Part shown: piece by piece, positions 1 through 8,715 of the stretch
Layout: every line of letters begins with the position of its first letter
How positions within the stretch are numbered: the stretch's first letter is position 1
Origin: Candidatus Stahliibacteriota bacterium
Lineage (GTDB): Bacteria > Hydrothermota > Tepidihabitantia > B3-TA06
DNA: 36,030 nt
Direction: 5' to 3'
Assembly (NCBI GenBank): GCA_030670165.1
Contig: DAOVCF010000001.1
Span: 1-36,030 of the forward strand
Notes under the pieces: generated by a model
What the model was told of the DNA's origin: nothing
Databases searched by the model: none
What the model saw: only the letters and a program-made list of their open reading frames with translations
Translations under genes and position numbers: made by a program

Positions 1-1245
1 CCTTTTTTCGACATAGAACTCCTCTTGAGCCTCGGCAATCAAATCCTCAAGCCACTCATCCTGCTTTAACGCAGCAAGGTAGTTACGAATTTCCACCTGC
101 ATCTCATCAAAGGAAAGCACGCTCTCCTCGTGCTTATCAGCAGCATACAAAAGATGAACGCCCATATCCGAGACGAAGGGTTTGCTTACCTCGCCTGAAT
201 CAACGGTCGCGGCAACCGAATCAAAAGGAGGGGTAAGGGCGGCCAGCGGAACCTCACCAATAAAGCCGCCCTGTTCGCTTGTGGTAAAGTCCTCGGAGTA
301 GGTTCGTGCCGCCTCGGCAAAGGTCAGCTCGCCTGAAACTATCTCCTCCCTTATCTTATCCGCAAGTTCGAGAACCCGAAGGGTATCTTGCCTGGTTACG
401 TGCTGCTTGAAGAGAATGTGTCGTACATAGACCTTATCCCCTGAACGGGCTTCAACTAGAAAAAGGTGGTAACCCTCGCGGGAGGGAACCGGAGGCGAAA
501 CACGACCTGCAGGCAGTGAGAAGATAACCGAATCTATCTCGGACAAAAGATCCCCACGCTTTACCCAACCAAGCGAGCCACCTCGCGATCGGGTGCGGGG
601 ATCCTCTGAGAACGATTCCGCCAGGACATCGAAATCGCCGCCACGGGAAAGGATATCCATAACCTCCAGAATCTTCCTTTCTATGCGGGCCTGTTCTGCC
701 GCCGAAGGTCTTATGCTGAAGGCGATGTGAGCCATACTGATGTAGCCTGGAACCACCGCTATGGAATCCTTGTGCCGCTCGTAGTATTCCCTGACCTCGT
801 TAGGCGAGACGTAGGGTTGTATCTTACCCCGGGCAGCAAACATCTGCTGGATAATAGCCTGAAACCGCCCCTGATTCATAAGCAACTGGCGCAGGCGATC
901 ACGAGTCAACCCGGCCTCTTGTAACTCGGCTCGAGTCTCGGGGAATGAATCAAGCTGTGCGTAAAAGGCTTGCAATTGACGCTCGACGCCTTTAGCTATC
1001 TCCTCGCGGTCAATCTCTATCGTCGAGTCAAGTGCGGCCTTCTTAAAGATGAGCTTCTGAGCGATAAGACGGTCCAGCAATACCAGTCTTAGCGAATCTT
1101 CGCTGGCCTCCAGGAACGGGGCCTCAAGTCTGCCAAGGGTCAACATCGCCTCAACCTCGCTTGAAAGGATAGGGTCAACATCTACCACGCCCACCACCCG
1201 GTCAGCACTCCCCGCTACCAGCGCCAAGGCCAATAAAACCGTCAC
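1..1245 (-). CDS. SurA-like periplasmic chaperone / peptidyl-prolyl isomerase with two parvulin domains; C-terminus runs off the window
   Basis: Absent from the ORF track because it is truncated. My manual reverse-strand translation is open from GTG at 1245 to base 1 (415 codons). The in-frame TAG of the upstream gene lies immediately 5'. The N-terminus is hydrophobic ('VTVLLALALVAGSA'). Two parvulin-type blocks follow: 'GGDFDVLAESFSEDPRTRSRGGSLGWV..GYHLFLVE' and 'FAEAARTYSEDFTTSEQGGFIGEV..MGVHLLY'. Confidence 0.8.
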   Translation of the reverse strand, partial: MTVLLALALVAGSADRVVGVVDVDPILSSEVEAMLTLGRLEAPFLEASEDSLRLVLLDRLIAQKLIFKKAALDSTIEIDREEIAKGVERQLQAFYAQLDSFPETRAELQEAGLTRDRLRQLLMNQGRFQAIIQQMFAARGKIQPYVSPNEVREYYERHKDSIAVVPGYISMAHIAFSIRPSAAEQARIERKILEVMDILSRGGDFDVLAESFSEDPRTRSRGGSLGWVKRGDLLSEIDSVIFSLPAGRVSPPVPSREGYHLFLVEARSGDKVYVRHILFKQHVTRQDTLRVLELADKIREEIVSGELTFAEAARTYSEDFTTSEQGGFIGEVPLAALTPPFDSVAATVDSGEVSKPFVSDMGVHLLYAADKHEESVLSFDEMQVEIRNYLAALKQDEWLEDLIAEAQEEFYVEKR

Positions 1246-1251
1246 AGTACC

Positions 1252-2220
1252 CTAGTAAAAAAGATTCTCTACACGGATCTCGATCTCCGACTGAGCTGCG
1301 TTCCTAAGGGAATCAACCTTTTGTGCAATAACCCGCTCAGCCCGTTCGTTGGAAAGCATAGCCTGAAGGTAGGAGGCTACCTCCTCAAACGCTATATCCT
1401 TACGAACCTTTCGCTTGTCTATGAGTTTAAAGATCATGCTAAGTCCCTGAGGGGTCATGAGTGGTTTGGTGAACTCCCCGGGTCCAAGCACAAAAACAGC
1501 ATCCTCCATCGCCAACGTGAGAAGCCCCGATCCCCTGGGGATGTAGGAACTAGGCTCGCCTTTGAGCGGATCAAGCGTATGCTGCTCGGCCAGCTTTCGA
1601 AAGTCGGCCCCCCCCTTAAGCTGCTGGTGAATCTGAGAGGCAACTATAGGATCGGCGACCACAATCTGAGAGACCTTAACCTCGTATAGAAACTCCTCCT
1701 TGTGGGCATTAAAATAACCCCTGAGTTCATTCTGAGAGACCGTTATATTCTTGCTTGCCTCAGCCAGCCATGCCTGAGTTAAAAGCTGTTTGCGATTCAT
1801 CCCGTATGCAAATTTGAGCTGATCAAGGGCTACACGAACAGTATCCTTCTTCTCAAGCCCCATCCGTTTAGCTTCCCGGTACACTATCTCCTGCTCTATC
1901 CAGGCGTTTATGATCTCCATTGGATCAACCTGGTTACGGCTCTCCTGCGGAACGTAAAGGGTAACAAGGGTCTGGTAATCCTTAAGGGTAAGCTTGGATG
2001 AACCGACACTGGCAACAATCTTTGTATCGGTCCCGTCACCGCCTGCGGATCCGCCGACTACGCTCTGAACAAAGGGTGGGGACCATATAAGAAGCACAAC
2101 AACAACCACCACAACCGCGCCTATAACGATGGCCCACGGCACCCATTTCTTTTTATTCGCCGGTTCCTTCTTTACTGACTCGTTCTTCACCGGTTTTTTC
2201 TTCGCCGATTCCTTCCTCAT
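1252..2220 (-). CDS. Membrane-anchored parvulin-type peptidyl-prolyl isomerase (PpiD/PrsA-like)
   Basis: Lys-rich N-terminus followed by one TM segment ('WAIVIGAVVVVVVVLLIW'). Parvulin block 'VKVSQIVVADP..GGADFRKLAEQHTLDP'. GAGGAG RBS 8 nt upstream of the ATG. Confidence 0.75.
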   Translation of the reverse strand: MRKESAKKKPVKNESVKKEPANKKKWVPWAIVIGAVVVVVVVLLIWSPPFVQSVVGGSAGGDGTDTKIVASVGSSKLTLKDYQTLVTLYVPQESRNQVDPMEIINAWIEQEIVYREAKRMGLEKKDTVRVALDQLKFAYGMNRKQLLTQAWLAEASKNITVSQNELRGYFNAHKEEFLYEVKVSQIVVADPIVASQIHQQLKGGADFRKLAEQHTLDPLKGEPSSYIPRGSGLLTLAMEDAVFVLGPGEFTKPLMTPQGLSMIFKLIDKRKVRKDIAFEEVASYLQAMLSNERAERVIAQKVDSLRNAAQSEIEIRVENLFY

Positions 2221-2274
2221 GAATTCTACTCCTCTATCCAGAAGACTCTGATTGGTTTATTTCCTCGAAAGTTC

Positions 2275-3906
2275 TTAACTCGACTCGCCCTCCGGCTCTT
2301 CCACCCTGCCTATAAGCAGAAGCAATCCCTCGTCAATCTCCACCTTGATCTTTTTGCGCAGCTCTTCGATAAACGCTGCCTTAACTTCCTTTTCCTTATC
2401 TACTCGCAGTCTGCGTTCGATACGACGCTCTTCGCTCTCGAACTCCTTGGTATAGGCCGGTTGAACGTCATCCACCTTGACAATCCCGAAGCCATTGTGG
2501 ACTTCAAAGGATCTTGAGTACTGACCTTTTGCAAGTTTGAACCCTTGTTCCACGAAAGGTTTGAAGGAAACGTCGTCCGCTTTCCTGAAGCCTATCGAGC
2601 CTCCACGTTTGGCAGACTGATGGTCCGAAAAGCGACGGGCGACCTCTTCGAAGGGCTGGCCTTGACGCAGAAGGGAGGAAGCCTGCTGGATATCGCTGTA
2701 GGAGGACGTTCGGATGATTGAAAGTTTGCGTCTTTCAGGAACAAAGAACTCGTCAGGATGTTCATCGTAGTAAACGCGTACCTCTTCCGGGCTGACCTTG
2801 ATCTTTGCGGCTACCTCTTCAGCGTATATCCTATTCCGTAGCTGAGAAGCTATGAAGCCATCGATCGCTTCCTTGACGGCCGGATCGCGATCCAGCTTGC
2901 GTTTGAGAGCAACACTGACAAGCGCCGGCCTCTGAGCTACGTATTCGGCAAAAGCCTGAAGCTGTTGAGGTGGAACGCCTTCCGGGAACCGGTTGTATAC
3001 CTCAAGCATAGAACCAACGCTGTCTGTAACCTTTCCGTCAATCTTAATGGTCCAGACTGCAAGCTCGGCCTCACTCAAAGCATAACTGGGCTTGGAAAGC
3101 AGCGCAAGACCGGCGTTATTGTACTCGATCTTCGCTTCTTCAAGCAGCCTCTCCAGACTCTCGTAACTCAGCTTGCCCTGACGCATCCGCTCGATCTGCT
3201 TGATGATGGAGGCTTCCATCTCTTTGAAGGGCGGCTGATCCTCCTTCTCGCTGCGCTCGGCAAGGTAGTATATGTCGTAGCCGCCGGATTCATTCTCCAT
3301 CGGTAAGGTGGTGTGTCCCTCTTTAAGACTGGAAAGCTCCCTGAACGCCGGGTCCTCGAAGAAAATGGATAACGGAATGGTACCTGCCTTGCCGCCGCTG
3401 CGAGCAGTGGGATGGCTTGAGTAACGTACCGCCAGGGTATCGAACGGCACACCAGCTGAGAACTCCTCCAGGATCAAGTAGCCCAACGTGTCCGAGTCGA
3501 TATGAATGATACTCAGCGTAAGAAGGATCTTATCCGCCTCGTAGAAACGTTTCGCATCCAAACGCGAAGCCTTACCCTTCTCAACGACCTCTTTCATGTA
3601 AAGGGTGTTGATTAAGGCTCTGTCAACAACGTCCTGGAGACCTTCCTTGATGGTCGGATCCTCCTCGTATCCGCGACTTCTGGCTTCGGCTACCAGGAGT
3701 TTCTCTTCTATCAGTTTGTCCAGAGCCTTTTTCTTTGCCTCAAGCTCGGCTTCCTCGCTGGGGTAAGACTGTGGTAGGTAGACCGCAAGAAAGTCCTTCA
3801 CCTTGACCGTCTCGTCTCCCACACGCACCAGGATGCGTTCTTCCTGCGTCCCGCATGCCAGAACGCTTACCAAGATAAAAAGGATCGGAAATGTCATTTT
3901 TCTCAT
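2275..3906 (-). CDS. SurA-like lipoprotein chaperone/PPIase with two parvulin-like domains
   Basis: Lipoprotein signal 'ILFILVSVLAC'. Parvulin blocks 'GVPFDTLAVRYSSHPTARSGGKAG' and 'GQPFEEVARRFSDHQSAKRGGSIGF..GFGIVKV'. First gene of a three-gene same-strand array. Confidence 0.75.
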   Translation of the reverse strand: MRKMTFPILFILVSVLACGTQEERILVRVGDETVKVKDFLAVYLPQSYPSEEAELEAKKKALDKLIEEKLLVAEARSRGYEEDPTIKEGLQDVVDRALINTLYMKEVVEKGKASRLDAKRFYEADKILLTLSIIHIDSDTLGYLILEEFSAGVPFDTLAVRYSSHPTARSGGKAGTIPLSIFFEDPAFRELSSLKEGHTTLPMENESGGYDIYYLAERSEKEDQPPFKEMEASIIKQIERMRQGKLSYESLERLLEEAKIEYNNAGLALLSKPSYALSEAELAVWTIKIDGKVTDSVGSMLEVYNRFPEGVPPQQLQAFAEYVAQRPALVSVALKRKLDRDPAVKEAIDGFIASQLRNRIYAEEVAAKIKVSPEEVRVYYDEHPDEFFVPERRKLSIIRTSSYSDIQQASSLLRQGQPFEEVARRFSDHQSAKRGGSIGFRKADDVSFKPFVEQGFKLAKGQYSRSFEVHNGFGIVKVDDVQPAYTKEFESEERRIERRLRVDKEKEVKAAFIEELRKKIKVEIDEGLLLLIGRVEEPEGESS

Positions 3907-3913
3907 AACCTGA

Positions 3914-3941
3914 AGTATAGCCTGAGCTCAGCCTTTGTCAA
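3914..3941 (-). promoter_or_regulatory. sigma70-type promoter for the SurA-like operon; apparently leaderless
   Basis: On the minus strand: TTGACA (3941-3936), 16 nt spacer, TATACT (3919-3914), then 7 nt to the ATG at 3906. No SD is possible in that gap. Confidence 0.45.
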
Positions 3942-4181
3942 GTAAAAGTTTCACAAAAAGTCAATTTTCTTTGTCCATCATAAATGACAGGCCTAAAATC
4001 ACCTGCTTACCAGACCCAACCGAGTACCGGTCTTAAAAAAAATCGAGAGCGGACAAAAAGACACTCATGTATCCCCATACGTAGATACCGCATTCAACGG
4101 ACCACACTTCCTCAAAGTACCTGCGGCTAAAAGCATCCCTATAAGGTTTAATATCAACGTAAACAAGTGGCTTCAATTTAC

Positions 4182-4209
4182 TTGACATGGATAACTTTTT
4201 TCTTATTGT
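4182..4209 (+). promoter_or_regulatory. Candidate sigma70-type promoter of tldD-pmbA
   Basis: TTGACA 4182-4187, 16 nt spacer, TATTGT 4204-4209. GAGG RBS at 4237-4240 before the ATG at 4245. Confidence 0.35.
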
Positions 4210-4244
4210 TACAGAATAATTGAACACCACGAAAGCGAGGTAAT

Positions 4245-5627
4245 ATGCTTGAAAAACTAGAGGCGGCTTTAGGTTCCTCAAAGGTCGACTACACCGACGT
4301 TCGCTACGAGGATAACCGACGTGTCAACATCTCCTACGAGAACCGTGAGCTGCGCAGGCTTTCGGCAACTACCAGCAGGGGCGGTCACGTGCGGTGCTAC
4401 ACGAAAGGCGGAAAGGCTATACATTCGTTCTCTCGATTGGAAGATCTTGAGAAAGGAATAAAGCAGTGTGCGGCTGACTCACAGATTGCAGGCTCGCACC
4501 GAAAAGCCAAGCTCTCATTAGCCCCTACTGAACCTTTGCGAGGCCAGTTCATGGTTTCGCCGAAAAAGGATCCACGCGATTGGCCGCTTGAGGAGAAGCA
4601 CGAGTTACTCAAGCACTATCGGAACCTCTTGATGGATGTCCCCAAGGTGGTTGTAGTCAACGGATCATACTCCGAGTGGTACTCGCATCGCTGGTTCGTC
4701 TCATCGGAAGGCACCGCTATCGAGTACGATCTTCTGATTTCAAACATCGGGTTTCAGATCACCGCCAAGGACGGCGACGTGGTGCAGTGGACTAGTCTCT
4801 CGGTGGGCGGCTCCGACGACTACGGCAAACTTCTGGGTAGAGAGGAAGATTTCCTGGAGCGCGGCAGGATAGCGGCCGAGCTTACCACCGCAGATCAACT
4901 GCCTGCAGGCAACTTCCCGGTGATCCTTGATTCTGATGAGGCCGCGGTCTTCATCCACGAGGCGTTCGGGCATCTTTCAGAGGCGGACGGTCTTCAGGAT
5001 AACCCCGCGTTTTTGGCCAAGCTTCAGATCGGCGCAAAGTTAGGCTCCGAGATTCTAAACGTAACAGACGACGGCACGATACTTAACGTGCCGGGTGGAC
5101 ATCTGGTTGACGATGAAGGAGTGCGGACCCGTCGAACCGAGCTTATCAAGAACGGAGTCCTTGCTGGCAGGATGCACTCCCGGGAGACCGCGGCGGAGTT
5201 CGGTGAGCCGCTTTCAGGCAACATGAGGGCGGTCGGACCCCGGTTTACGCCAATCGTGCGCATGTCAAACATCTTTATCGAGAGTGGAACTTCCACTTTT
5301 GAGGAGATGGTCTCTTCCATAGATCACGGCTACTACCTTGTTGGAGCCAAGGGTGGGCAGACCTCAGGTGATGCCTTTACCTTCGGCGCACAGTACGGGT
5401 ACGAAATAAAGAACGGTAAGCTCGGCGAGCTGGTTCGCGATGCTAACATGTCCGGCGAGTTGTTTGAGACTTTGCAAAACATCTCCATGATCGGCGACGA
5501 TTTAAGATTTTCAGAGCGCGGGGGCTGCGGCAAGGGCGGAGGAGGCCCTATGCAGCTCAATGCAAAATCAGGCAAAGGTGCTCCCCACATCAAGATCAAC
5601 AAGGTTACCCTCGGAGGTGCAAGATGA
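4245..5627 (+). CDS. tldD: TldD metalloprotease
   Basis: TldD/PmbA-family length. Zinc motif 'HEAFGH' in 'VFIHEAFGHLSEADG'. C-terminal 'GGCGKGGGGP'. Followed by a pmbA partner with an ATGA overlap. Confidence 0.9.
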   Translation: MLEKLEAALGSSKVDYTDVRYEDNRRVNISYENRELRRLSATTSRGGHVRCYTKGGKAIHSFSRLEDLEKGIKQCAADSQIAGSHRKAKLSLAPTEPLRGQFMVSPKKDPRDWPLEEKHELLKHYRNLLMDVPKVVVVNGSYSEWYSHRWFVSSEGTAIEYDLLISNIGFQITAKDGDVVQWTSLSVGGSDDYGKLLGREEDFLERGRIAAELTTADQLPAGNFPVILDSDEAAVFIHEAFGHLSEADGLQDNPAFLAKLQIGAKLGSEILNVTDDGTILNVPGGHLVDDEGVRTRRTELIKNGVLAGRMHSRETAAEFGEPLSGNMRAVGPRFTPIVRMSNIFIESGTSTFEEMVSSIDHGYYLVGAKGGQTSGDAFTFGAQYGYEIKNGKLGELVRDANMSGELFETLQNISMIGDDLRFSERGGCGKGGGGPMQLNAKSGKGAPHIKINKVTLGGAR

Positions 5628-6928
5628 TAGAGAAACTGCTCAACGCATCCCTTGAGCTCTTTGACGACTCGGAGATATACTATAAAGAAGAGGTGAATAC
5701 CAGCGTTCGCTACGGGAACGGGGATTTAAGGAATATCTCCTCCAACCGGATCTCAGGCGTGATGATGCGGGTAAAGAGGGGTGGCAGGCTGGGCATCGCA
5801 TCGGCCACCACCCTTGATGATCCTCTGAGCCTTTTAGAGCAGGCGGCGGAATCGGCAAAACACGGCGAGGAGATACCTTATTCCTTCTCCGTCGCTGCCG
5901 AGTTCCCCGAGGTTAAACCCTACTCTCAAGAGACTTCCGACTACCCCACGGAAAAGATGATCGAGATGTGCGAGCAGGCCAAAGCCGACGTCCTCAAGGA
6001 GCTTCCCGACATCTCCGTCAACATCACGGTAGAAAAGGAAGAGGAGAATATCCAGATCGCCACCTCGGGCGGCACCCGGGCCCAACAGATGGAAACCGGC
6101 CTGAGTTTCGTGGTCTCCGCACCCATAAGAGAAGCGGGCATGTCGGTCTACCGCTTCAAGACTGAGATAGCGCCGTTCGAGTATCCCGAAGAAGTAGTGC
6201 GTGAGTTCATACGCCGCTACCGGTGGACCGAGAACACCAAGACTCCCCAGACGAAACGTATGCCTGTGATCTGGGCTCCTCAGGCTCTTTACATGTTCAC
6301 CTTGGCCCTTTGCGCTGGAATCTCAGGCGAGGAGCTGGTCAAGAAAACCTCTCCACTCATGGACAAACACGATCAAAAGATACTTTCGGATAAGATCACC
6401 TTGATTGACGATCCCCATTCGCCTCGCGTGGGTGCCAGGGGTTTCGACGACGAAGGCATACCTACCGAGAAGCGAGCGCTGGTCCAGAAAGGGGTGCTCA
6501 AGAGTTTTCTTCTCGATCTTCGGACAGGAGCGAAACTGGGCGCACGCTCCTCGGGCAACGGGTTCAAGAGGGCGCTGTTCGGCGGAGGCACGAGTTCGAT
6601 GCCCAACCCCTGGCCCGCAAACCTGTGGCTCGAACCAGCTGATTCATCCCTCGACGAGATGATCGCCTCGTTGGATGAGGGCATTCTTCTCACCGGCGGA
6701 ATGGGTTTCCACTCCTCCAACTACTCCCAGGGGCACATCGCGGTGCAGGCGATAGGGTTCATGATCGAAAAAGGCCAGGTTACAGGCCGCCTTGAAGGAA
6801 CCATGCTATCAGGGAACATCTACGAGGAGTTCAAGCATGTACGCGCTATCTCCAAGGAGATCGAGCAAGGCCACGCCGGCTTCTATCCGTACGTGCTAGT
6901 GGATTCAATGCAGGTTGTTGGAAAATAA
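5624..6928 (+). CDS. pmbA: PmbA/TldE, the non-catalytic TldD partner
   Basis: TldD/PmbA-family paralog without HExxxH. Its start overlaps the tldD stop by 4 nt (ATGA), implying translational coupling. Confidence 0.85.
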   Translation: MIEKLLNASLELFDDSEIYYKEEVNTSVRYGNGDLRNISSNRISGVMMRVKRGGRLGIASATTLDDPLSLLEQAAESAKHGEEIPYSFSVAAEFPEVKPYSQETSDYPTEKMIEMCEQAKADVLKELPDISVNITVEKEEENIQIATSGGTRAQQMETGLSFVVSAPIREAGMSVYRFKTEIAPFEYPEEVVREFIRRYRWTENTKTPQTKRMPVIWAPQALYMFTLALCAGISGEELVKKTSPLMDKHDQKILSDKITLIDDPHSPRVGARGFDDEGIPTEKRALVQKGVLKSFLLDLRTGAKLGARSSGNGFKRALFGGGTSSMPNPWPANLWLEPADSSLDEMIASLDEGILLTGGMGFHSSNYSQGHIAVQAIGFMIEKGQVTGRLEGTMLSGNIYEEFKHVRAISKEIEQGHAGFYPYVLVDSMQVVGK

Positions 6929-6974
6929 TTTCACCCCGCACCGTTACTTCGCAACTTCGTTGGGTGGAAAAGGT

Positions 6975-6999
6975 AAGGGCACGGCACAGCGTGCCCCTT
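6975..6999. terminator. GC-rich hairpin between convergent pmbA and rubrerythrin-like genes
   Basis: GGGCACG (6977-6983) / CGTGCCC (6990-6996) with a 6-nt loop. There is no clean U-tract, so function is uncertain. Confidence 0.3.
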
Positions 7000-7040
7000 G
7001 AGCGGCTCATACGCTCATAGGGTATGCCTTGCCCCTACAT

Positions 7041-7071
7041 CATCTTTTCGCCAAAGGCAAAAAGGAGCATT
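7041..7071 (-). repeat. Degenerate copy of the AATGCTCCTTTT..AAAAGGAGCAT hairpin family
   Basis: The reverse complement reads 'AAATGCTCCTTTTTGCCTTTGGCGAAAAGATGATGTAGGGG'. The stem 7044-7052/7056-7064 pairs 8 of 9 positions. It lies 3' of the rubrerythrin-like gene. Confidence 0.35.
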
Positions 7072-7084
7072 TCTTTTGGGGTGT

Positions 7085-7570
7085 CTAAATGCCGCGCTCC
7101 TTGCGTTTCTGGGTAAGATCGGCGATGTGCTTGCGTTCCTCCTCTGCAATCGCCTCGATAAGGGGATGATCTTGTTTATTCACGAACCGCATCATCTCGT
7201 GGTAGAAGAGAAGCGAATCCTTTTCAAGACCGATGGCGGCGTCGAATGCCATGGCCTCGTCAGGTGCTTCTTTGGCTAACCGTGCTCCCATGTTCTCATC
7301 TGCAAAGACCTCTTTGGAGACCAGTGCCGAAAGGTAGTCACGCGCCTCGTCCCAGTCGTAAGGAGCAACGTAGCCCTCTTTGGACAGCCTATCTCGCAGC
7401 TGTTTGAAACGCTCTATGTGCTCTTCTTCTTGACCTGCCAGGTACTTGAAAAACGTCTTCATATCAGCCTCGTTGGATTTTCTGGCAAGCTCTTCGTAGA
7501 ACGCCTTGCCGTTGCGCTCGATCTGGATCGCCATCTCGCCTATCTCGTATCCTGAGAATTTGATGCCCAC
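7085..7570 (-). CDS. Rubrerythrin/ferritin-like diiron protein
   Basis: Two ExxH diiron-type motifs ('EEEH', 'EERKH') in a predicted four-helix-type sequence. GTG start at 7570 with an AGGAGG RBS 4 nt upstream. Confidence 0.7.
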   Translation of the reverse strand: MGIKFSGYEIGEMAIQIERNGKAFYEELARKSNEADMKTFFKYLAGQEEEHIERFKQLRDRLSKEGYVAPYDWDEARDYLSALVSKEVFADENMGARLAKEAPDEAMAFDAAIGLEKDSLLFYHEMMRFVNKQDHPLIEAIAEEERKHIADLTQKRKERGI

Positions 7571-7650
7571 TTTACCTCCTTTAATTTACTCGACTATTTC
7601 CTGCAAGTTCAGTCCCGTTTTGCGACATCCAACCGTTTAGGATGAGTGTG

Positions 7651-7773
7651 TTACGGGCCTTCTTTGGGCTCCATATCCTGGCCGCAGCAGACGAGCGTCC
7701 CGGCTCCCGCCTTGGTAACCTTCACCTCCTGTCCGCAGATGTTGCAGACGTAGGTCTTTCCTTCTTCGGCCAT
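7651..7773 (-). CDS. Desulforedoxin (40 aa, rubredoxin-like FeCys4 protein)
   Basis: Too short for the ORF track. My translation is 'MAEEGKTYVCNICGQEVKVTKAGAGTLVCCGQDMEPKEGP'. It carries the CxxC..CC signature and closely resembles Desulfovibrio gigas desulforedoxin. AAGGAGG RBS sits 5 nt upstream of the ATG at 7773. Confidence 0.85.
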   Translation of the reverse strand: MAEEGKTYVCNICGQEVKVTKAGAGTLVCCGQDMEPKEGP

Positions 7774-7888
7774 TGGATCCTCCTTGTCTTTAATTCTAAG
7801 TTACCTCGATTCTTATCTTACCTGTTCCCAGCCGGTTGGCGTAAGCTAAACGACTGTCCGGCGGAGATCGTGTGCTCTCCTACAATTT

Positions 7889-7916
7889 ACTCTAAACAAA
7901 AACCGGCTCTTGTCAA
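7889..7916 (-). promoter_or_regulatory. Candidate sigma70-type promoter of the desulforedoxin/rubrerythrin-like operon
   Basis: On the minus strand: TTGACA (7916-7911), 16 nt spacer, TAGAGT (7894-7889). The -35 lies inside the 13-nt palindrome 7907-7919. Confidence 0.4.
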
Positions 7917-7960
7917 GAGAGAATCTGCTGTGATCCGGCAAGCTTTTGGGGACAAAGCAC

Positions 7961-7988
7961 TTGACTACGCCCGTTTTTTGAATAGGAT
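7961..7988 (+). promoter_or_regulatory. Candidate promoter of the methyltransferase gene; apparently leaderless
   Basis: TTGACT 7961-7966, 16 nt spacer, TAGGAT 7983-7988, then 5 nt to the ATG at 7994. Confidence 0.4.
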
Positions 7989-7993
7989 GCCTC

Positions 7994-8650
7994 ATGAGTG
8001 ATACGGCAAGCAGAATGGATTCCGACCCTCAAGCTGGCAGGCAAAAAAGAGCCATCCCTGATCTCTTCCTGCTGCAGTATCTTCCCATCATTCCCCGCGG
8101 GGTAGCGCTCGACCTGGGCGCGGGCAACGGTCGCAACAGCCTCTTCCTCGCCGAGCACGGCTTTGAGGTGGATGCGTTTGACCGCGGCACCGAATCAGTA
8201 GCAGAACTTATGAGGGCAGCCCAGGAGCGGAATCTGTCTGTCAGGGCGATAAGGAACGAACTCACCACCCTGACTATTCTCCCCAAACGCTACTCGCTCG
8301 CCGTAATCGCCTGGGTGCTGATGTTTTTAAGACACGGCGAACGCGATGGATTGGTTAAGATGGCCGTTCGAGGGCTTCTTCCCGGCGGATTCATTTACCT
8401 CGGGGTGTTTTCTACGACCGATCCCGGATACGCTCTGTGTAAGGAAAAATTCGACGAGATCGAAGAACGCACCTTCTTCGTACCCAAACGCAAGATGACC
8501 ATGCACTACTTCCTCCCGGAAGAGACCAAGGCGCTTCTAGGGGGCCTTGAGTTGATCGCTTTCAAAGAAGGCTACGAGATGGACATAGGCCACGGTGAGC
8601 CGCACTACCACGGCCGCATAGAGGTAGTCGCCCGTCTGCCCAAAGAATAA
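7994..8650 (+). CDS. Class I SAM-dependent methyltransferase (TehB-like)
   Basis: SAM motif I 'ALDLGAGNGRNSLFLAEHGFEVDAFD'. About 218 aa, typical for small TehB-like methyltransferases. Confidence 0.75.
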   Translation: MSDTASRMDSDPQAGRQKRAIPDLFLLQYLPIIPRGVALDLGAGNGRNSLFLAEHGFEVDAFDRGTESVAELMRAAQERNLSVRAIRNELTTLTILPKRYSLAVIAWVLMFLRHGERDGLVKMAVRGLLPGGFIYLGVFSTTDPGYALCKEKFDEIEERTFFVPKRKMTMHYFLPEETKALLGGLELIAFKEGYEMDIGHGEPHYHGRIEVVARLPKE

Positions 8651-8680
8651 AACCTTTGCGTCTTTCAAAATCCCTATACC

Positions 8681-8708
8681 TTGACTCCATCCGAATAAAA
8701 TCTATAAT
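8681..8708 (+). promoter_or_regulatory. sigma70-type promoter of the FmdB-family gene; apparently leaderless
   Basis: TTGACT 8681-8686, 16 nt spacer, consensus TATAAT 8703-8708, then 7 nt to the ATG at 8716. Confidence 0.5.
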
Positions 8709-8715
8709 CTAGAAT

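Noticed and set aside
4033-4281. 82-aa minus-strand ORF overlapping the tldD start
   Set aside because: It overlaps the tldD promoter, RBS and start. It has no RBS and its composition looks like non-coding AT-rich spacer.
4245-6928. TldD/PmbA as part of a RiPP or microcin maturation system
   Set aside because: No precursor peptide, cyclodehydratase, immunity or export genes lie adjacent. tldD-pmbA pairs are common housekeeping genes.
7642-8001. 119-aa plus-strand ORF from the track
   Set aside because: It is antisense to the well-supported desulforedoxin gene and runs through two promoter regions. It has no RBS and no recognisable motif.
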